DNA from: Raillietiella orientalis
Lineage: Eukaryota
NCBI GenBank assembly: GCA_036172245.1
Contig: JAYWIR010000027.1
Span: forward strand, 744,001-808,000
Direction: 5' to 3'
DNA length: 64,000 bases
Part shown: positions 60,601-64,000 of the stretch, piece by piece
Numbering within the stretch: the stretch's first letter is position 1
How the letters are laid out: every line of letters begins with the position of its first letter
The notes under the pieces: model-generated
Told to the model about the DNA's origin: nothing
Seen by the model: only the letters and a program-made list of their open reading frames with translations
The model's database searches: none
Position numbers and translations under genes: made by a program

Positions 60601-63600
60601 CGAAGTCGAAAGTTACGGGCGTGATGGGACGACCGTTCTTCCGCGGGCCTCGTGGTGACATTTTTCTTCTCCTAATGCCTGTCGAGGATTCGCCATTTGC
60701 TTTCACCGGCTGGGCTCCCTTTCGGATGCTGATTATCATCGTCGTGTAAACCAATGCGGAGGCCGCCTGCTCGACTGCCGCTGATGTATGGAACCGCGGC
60801 GCGCGCCATTCATTCCGCTCCTGTCAGATCCGTTTCTGGTCCTCCGAATCCTTGCTCCTGGAACGCTCCGTAGAACCTGATCGCCGCGATGACGGGAATG
60901 GGCATTCCTATTAATTTTCCCGGGGTCGTTAAAGGCTCTGCCATTTGGCGTCCTGGGCACGTGTAATCAGGTCTCTGTAATTTACGGAGAAATAGCCGAG
61001 ATGGGCGAGCTGGAAGGAAGGATGGAGATGAAGGAGGAAGAGACCTCGCGCGCATCCGAAGAAGAGCAGGAAAGGGGAGGGGGAATTGCCCTCCGGCCTT
61101 CGGCGAGCTTTTCGGTTTGGGGAATGATTCTCCCGGGACCCGTTTCCGGTTCTTTTTCCCTCCCTTCGGCTGGCCCGCTGTGGACGCTGCAGCTTGTCGA
61201 AATTGGACGCTCGGGGGCAGCGCGCACGTTTCTTTTTCCTTTCTCCATATCCCGCCCTGAGGACCCCGTCCGCCGTGATGCTTGGCGGGAGGCGATTCGG
61301 GTGATTCGAGCCGCGTGTTCGGGCAGGGCGCGGCTTGTTGGCTTTCCGAGACCCCTGCGAGAGCGCCATCTTGCCCGCCTGCGCCTGCCGGCTGGAACTT
61401 TCCTCTACGCTCAGTAACCTCCAGCAGCCTTCTCCTTCCTCTTCCTCCTCCATTGCTCTCCCTCGAGGTCGCTCTCCCCCGAAGGTCGGCTCCGAGCGAG
61501 CCGAACTTCCCCCCCCCACACATACACACACATCCACGAGCGCGCCCCCGCTCCACGCACCGATTGCTGCAGCGATGCATCGCGTGGAAGGCGCAGGCAG
61601 CGACGTGACCTTGGAACCGCCTTTCCTGCAGCTCCCTCGACGTCTTCAAGCAGCGAGAAGCAGCGTTGCTGCTGACAGGGAGGGGGAGACGCCTTTCCCT
61701 TTGAAGACGGCTGCTGTTGCGAGCGAGCGCTCCCTCCCGACGGTACCCTTCTCGGACGCTAGCGGCATGCCTGTGGCTATCCCTTGCACGGCTCTGTGAG
61801 GCGCGACTCCTGGTCCAACCACCCTCCGGTTTTCCCACGGCCGGCTTGTCCGTTTGGTCAAGAACGGTCCCCCCTTTGCCACATCTTGACTCCTGCGCTC
61901 GGCCGGCGCGCGACCTTCGAGCCCGGGTGGAGTCCGTTGGGCAACGTCCGGTGGAGCCGTCCGCAAGGACGTGCAGGTCGGCTCCAAGAGCAGGAAGGAG
62001 GCGAGCATCGTACCCTGGTCTGGGAACGCAAGTTTCTTTCTCGGACCCCGGAGACGACCTTCACCAGAGCCGCTGCCCGACACGAAAGGTCCATGTCGAT
62101 CATGTCCCCCGCGCCTTTCAGCCCACCCACGCAGCACTTTTTTTTGGCCTTTGGCCACCGCCTCGTCGCGCGCAGGGAGTAGGGGGGGGGGTAGGAAGGT
62201 ATCTCTATGGCCTGTGCCACGAAGGCGGCACGGGGACTTCGTTCTGCCGGTGTTGCCGCGCAGCTTCAGGAAGCGGTTGCGAGAGTACCCCGGGGGAGTC
62301 CTCACCTGGCAGCTGCTTTTCCCCCGTCTGCTTCACCTTTCCCACCCTTCCTCCTCCAACCTCGATGTCTCCTGTGGTCGCGCAGCCTGACTTGAGCATT
62401 GCTTCGGGCGCTCTCGCATCGTAGGGACTCATCCCTGCTCCAGAGAAGGGAACCTTTGTTAACGAGCACGTCGGCCGTATTCAGGATAGAGGGAGGGGAG
62501 ACACGAGCATCTCTTAAACCCGCTCCCTCTATTTTTCCTTGCGCTCCATTCTTTGCCGCTCCAGGCGACGGAGATCGGTTTCCTCCATATCCAGGTTCCA
62601 CCAGGCTACCGCGGCTGCCGCTTGGGAGACGGCGCAGGTTGCCCAGGGGAAGGTCCAGTTTCGATCCGGCCGGTTTCCCAGAGTGTAGGTGGGAAGGTCG
62701 GCGGGGCATGCTCAAGGACCCCCCGGCGAGGGCAGCCGTTGGAATTCGGTCGGTGACTACAGCGACGGCGGGTATGGAGCTCCGGGGAGGACAGAGGCGC
62801 GGGCGAGTCGGGAACGAGATCTGGCAGCAGGGAGCTTCGTGCGATCCCGGAACCTTTTTACTGGCTTCCCGGAAATTCATCAGAGGGCGCACCTTCGTGA
62901 GCGCGGGGAAGGGGGGTTTGGCAGCATGAAGCGTGTCTGACAATCTCTCGACATCCGCCGCATGCTTGCCGCCTTACGGCCCCTCGACTCTGGCAACAAC
63001 GGGAGGGAAGAGCGTCTCCAGCAACAATAGCTAGGTCGGAACAGCGGCCGTTGAGAGGAACATTGGATTGGTCGAGGAAGGGGGAAGGTGATCCAGACAA
63101 CAATGAACATCCGTCGCTCCGTAGGCGCCTTACCTTCTACGACCCTGCCACGTGATCTCTGGCAACAGGGAGGACTCCCCTCCCCCTAGCTATTCGGTCA
63201 CAAGCCCATTGCCAGGGACAGCCGTCTGCGGGCTTCCAGGCGTCTGCGGGAGCCAGCGCACGGGGGTCCCACAGACTTTCCTCTCCGGGCCAGGGATGGG
63301 GGCCTCCCTTCGGAGGGACCGTCAACCGGCCCGGCCATTTCGTTTTCAGAGTGCCCACGCGTCTTCCTCCAGGGACTTGTCAGCAAGGTCATTAGGTACC
63401 GCGACAAGGCGATCTCAAACCCTGAAGCCGAGGTGGACGAGGAGTGCAGGGTCTTCTCAGAGCATCATCTGCGCTCCCTGTTCCGGGCATTCGACCAGCC
63501 CCCGAGGGGGCGCATCACGGCGGACCAGTACCAAACAGGTGACCTGGCAGGGAGGGCACATGCACGAGAGAGTCATCTCTCCCCGCACTCCCCCTTCCGC

Positions 63601-63918
63601 CCTCACAGTCATCTTGCTAGCGATGGACGCCCTCCGTATACCTCTCGATGATCGCTGGCTGGACCTCGGGACAGCCGAGGTCACCGAGGATGAATTCGTC
63701 AGCCACTGGTAAGAACCCTCCTCCGTGCTGGCTGGCGGCGGATGTGGGCCGGCAGCGTCCTCGGGCGCCGGGAGCACCCACCTGACCCCCCTACTGCCTT
63801 GTGTGCTTCCAGCGAACGCGCCTTGATGAGGCAGATCCGTGATCTGGTGCTTCCCAGAGAAGAGGGCAGGCAGTCGTCCGAGGGCATCGCACTCCAAGCG
63901 AGCAGCGGAGGGCGATGA
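57646..63918 (+). CDS. EFCAB10: EF-hand calcium-binding domain-containing protein 10-like (N-terminal RIIa/Dpy-30-type docking helices plus degenerate EF-hand), 160 aa
   Basis: Exons 57646-57745 (MAIPSDKADEYLKAHGVQKLLEFLYVHVLLSVP; donor CAG|GCAAGT), 63350-63538 (ECPRVFLQGLV...LRSLFRAFDQPPRGRITADQYQT), 63621-63708 (AMDALRIP..VTEDEFVSH), 63813-63918 (..ERALMRQ..*). Phases are consistent; total 483 nt. The pattern A.EYL..H.I..L...L...LL..P / E.P..YL / FD...RG.I...QY..AL..L matches EFCAB10. Confidence 0.88.
57790..57795 (+). terminator. Probable polyadenylation signal of the KIF21-like mRNA, located inside EFCAB10 intron 1
   Basis: First AATAAA after the kinesin stop, with an upstream TGTA (~57759) and a downstream GT/T-rich tract gtttcgtgtttgcttt (~57819-57835). 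Confidence 0.55.
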
Positions 63919-63947
63919 CGGTCCGGAAGGAGAGACGCGGTCTCGCC

Positions 63948-63953
63948 ATTAAA
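63948..63953 (+). terminator. Probable polyadenylation signal (ATTAAA) of the EFCAB10-like gene
   Basis: ATTAAA lies 30 nt after the TGA at 63916-63918. Confidence 0.55.
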
Positions 63954-64000
63954 GAGCCGCCCGATTGGGGTGACCTGTCTTGCGCACTCCCTCCCTCTCG

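Noticed and set aside
59798..63100. Nested gene or RT remnant inside EFCAB10 intron 1 (long ORFs 60810-61838 and 62302-62943; GLRDARVSPPSILN resembling QGxxLSP)
   Set aside because: No recognisable domain or consistent exon chain; a single weak motif is insufficient.

Overview
This is eukaryotic (animal, probably invertebrate) genomic DNA with spliced genes; no prokaryotic operon, CRISPR array, rRNA or tRNA could be supported. Three intron-containing genes were reconstructed by hand with phase-consistent splice sites. (1) A minus-strand PRRT3/PRRT4-family multi-pass membrane protein gene, probable ATG at 10903, running off the left edge. (2) A complete plus-strand KIF21-type kinesin-4 gene (motor, coiled coil, WD40; 23 coding exons, 43558-57526, about 1455 aa). 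(3) A complete EFCAB10-like gene (57646-63918, 160 aa) starting only 119 nt after the kinesin stop. Its first intron uses a GC donor, and the kinesin's only nearby AATAAA lies inside that intron. The ~32-kb divergent intergenic region holds a cluster of decayed L1/Tx1-like non-LTR retrotransposons (about 17.1-28.5 kb) with structurally conserved 3' ends, a MITE-like palindrome, a probable Penelope-like remnant, a (TG)68 microsatellite and enhancer-like motif patches. A sharply CpG-depleted block in kinesin intron 1 suggests germline gene-body methylation. Most long ORFs in the supplied track are artefacts of the high GC content. Family assignments come from motif recognition, not from database searches.
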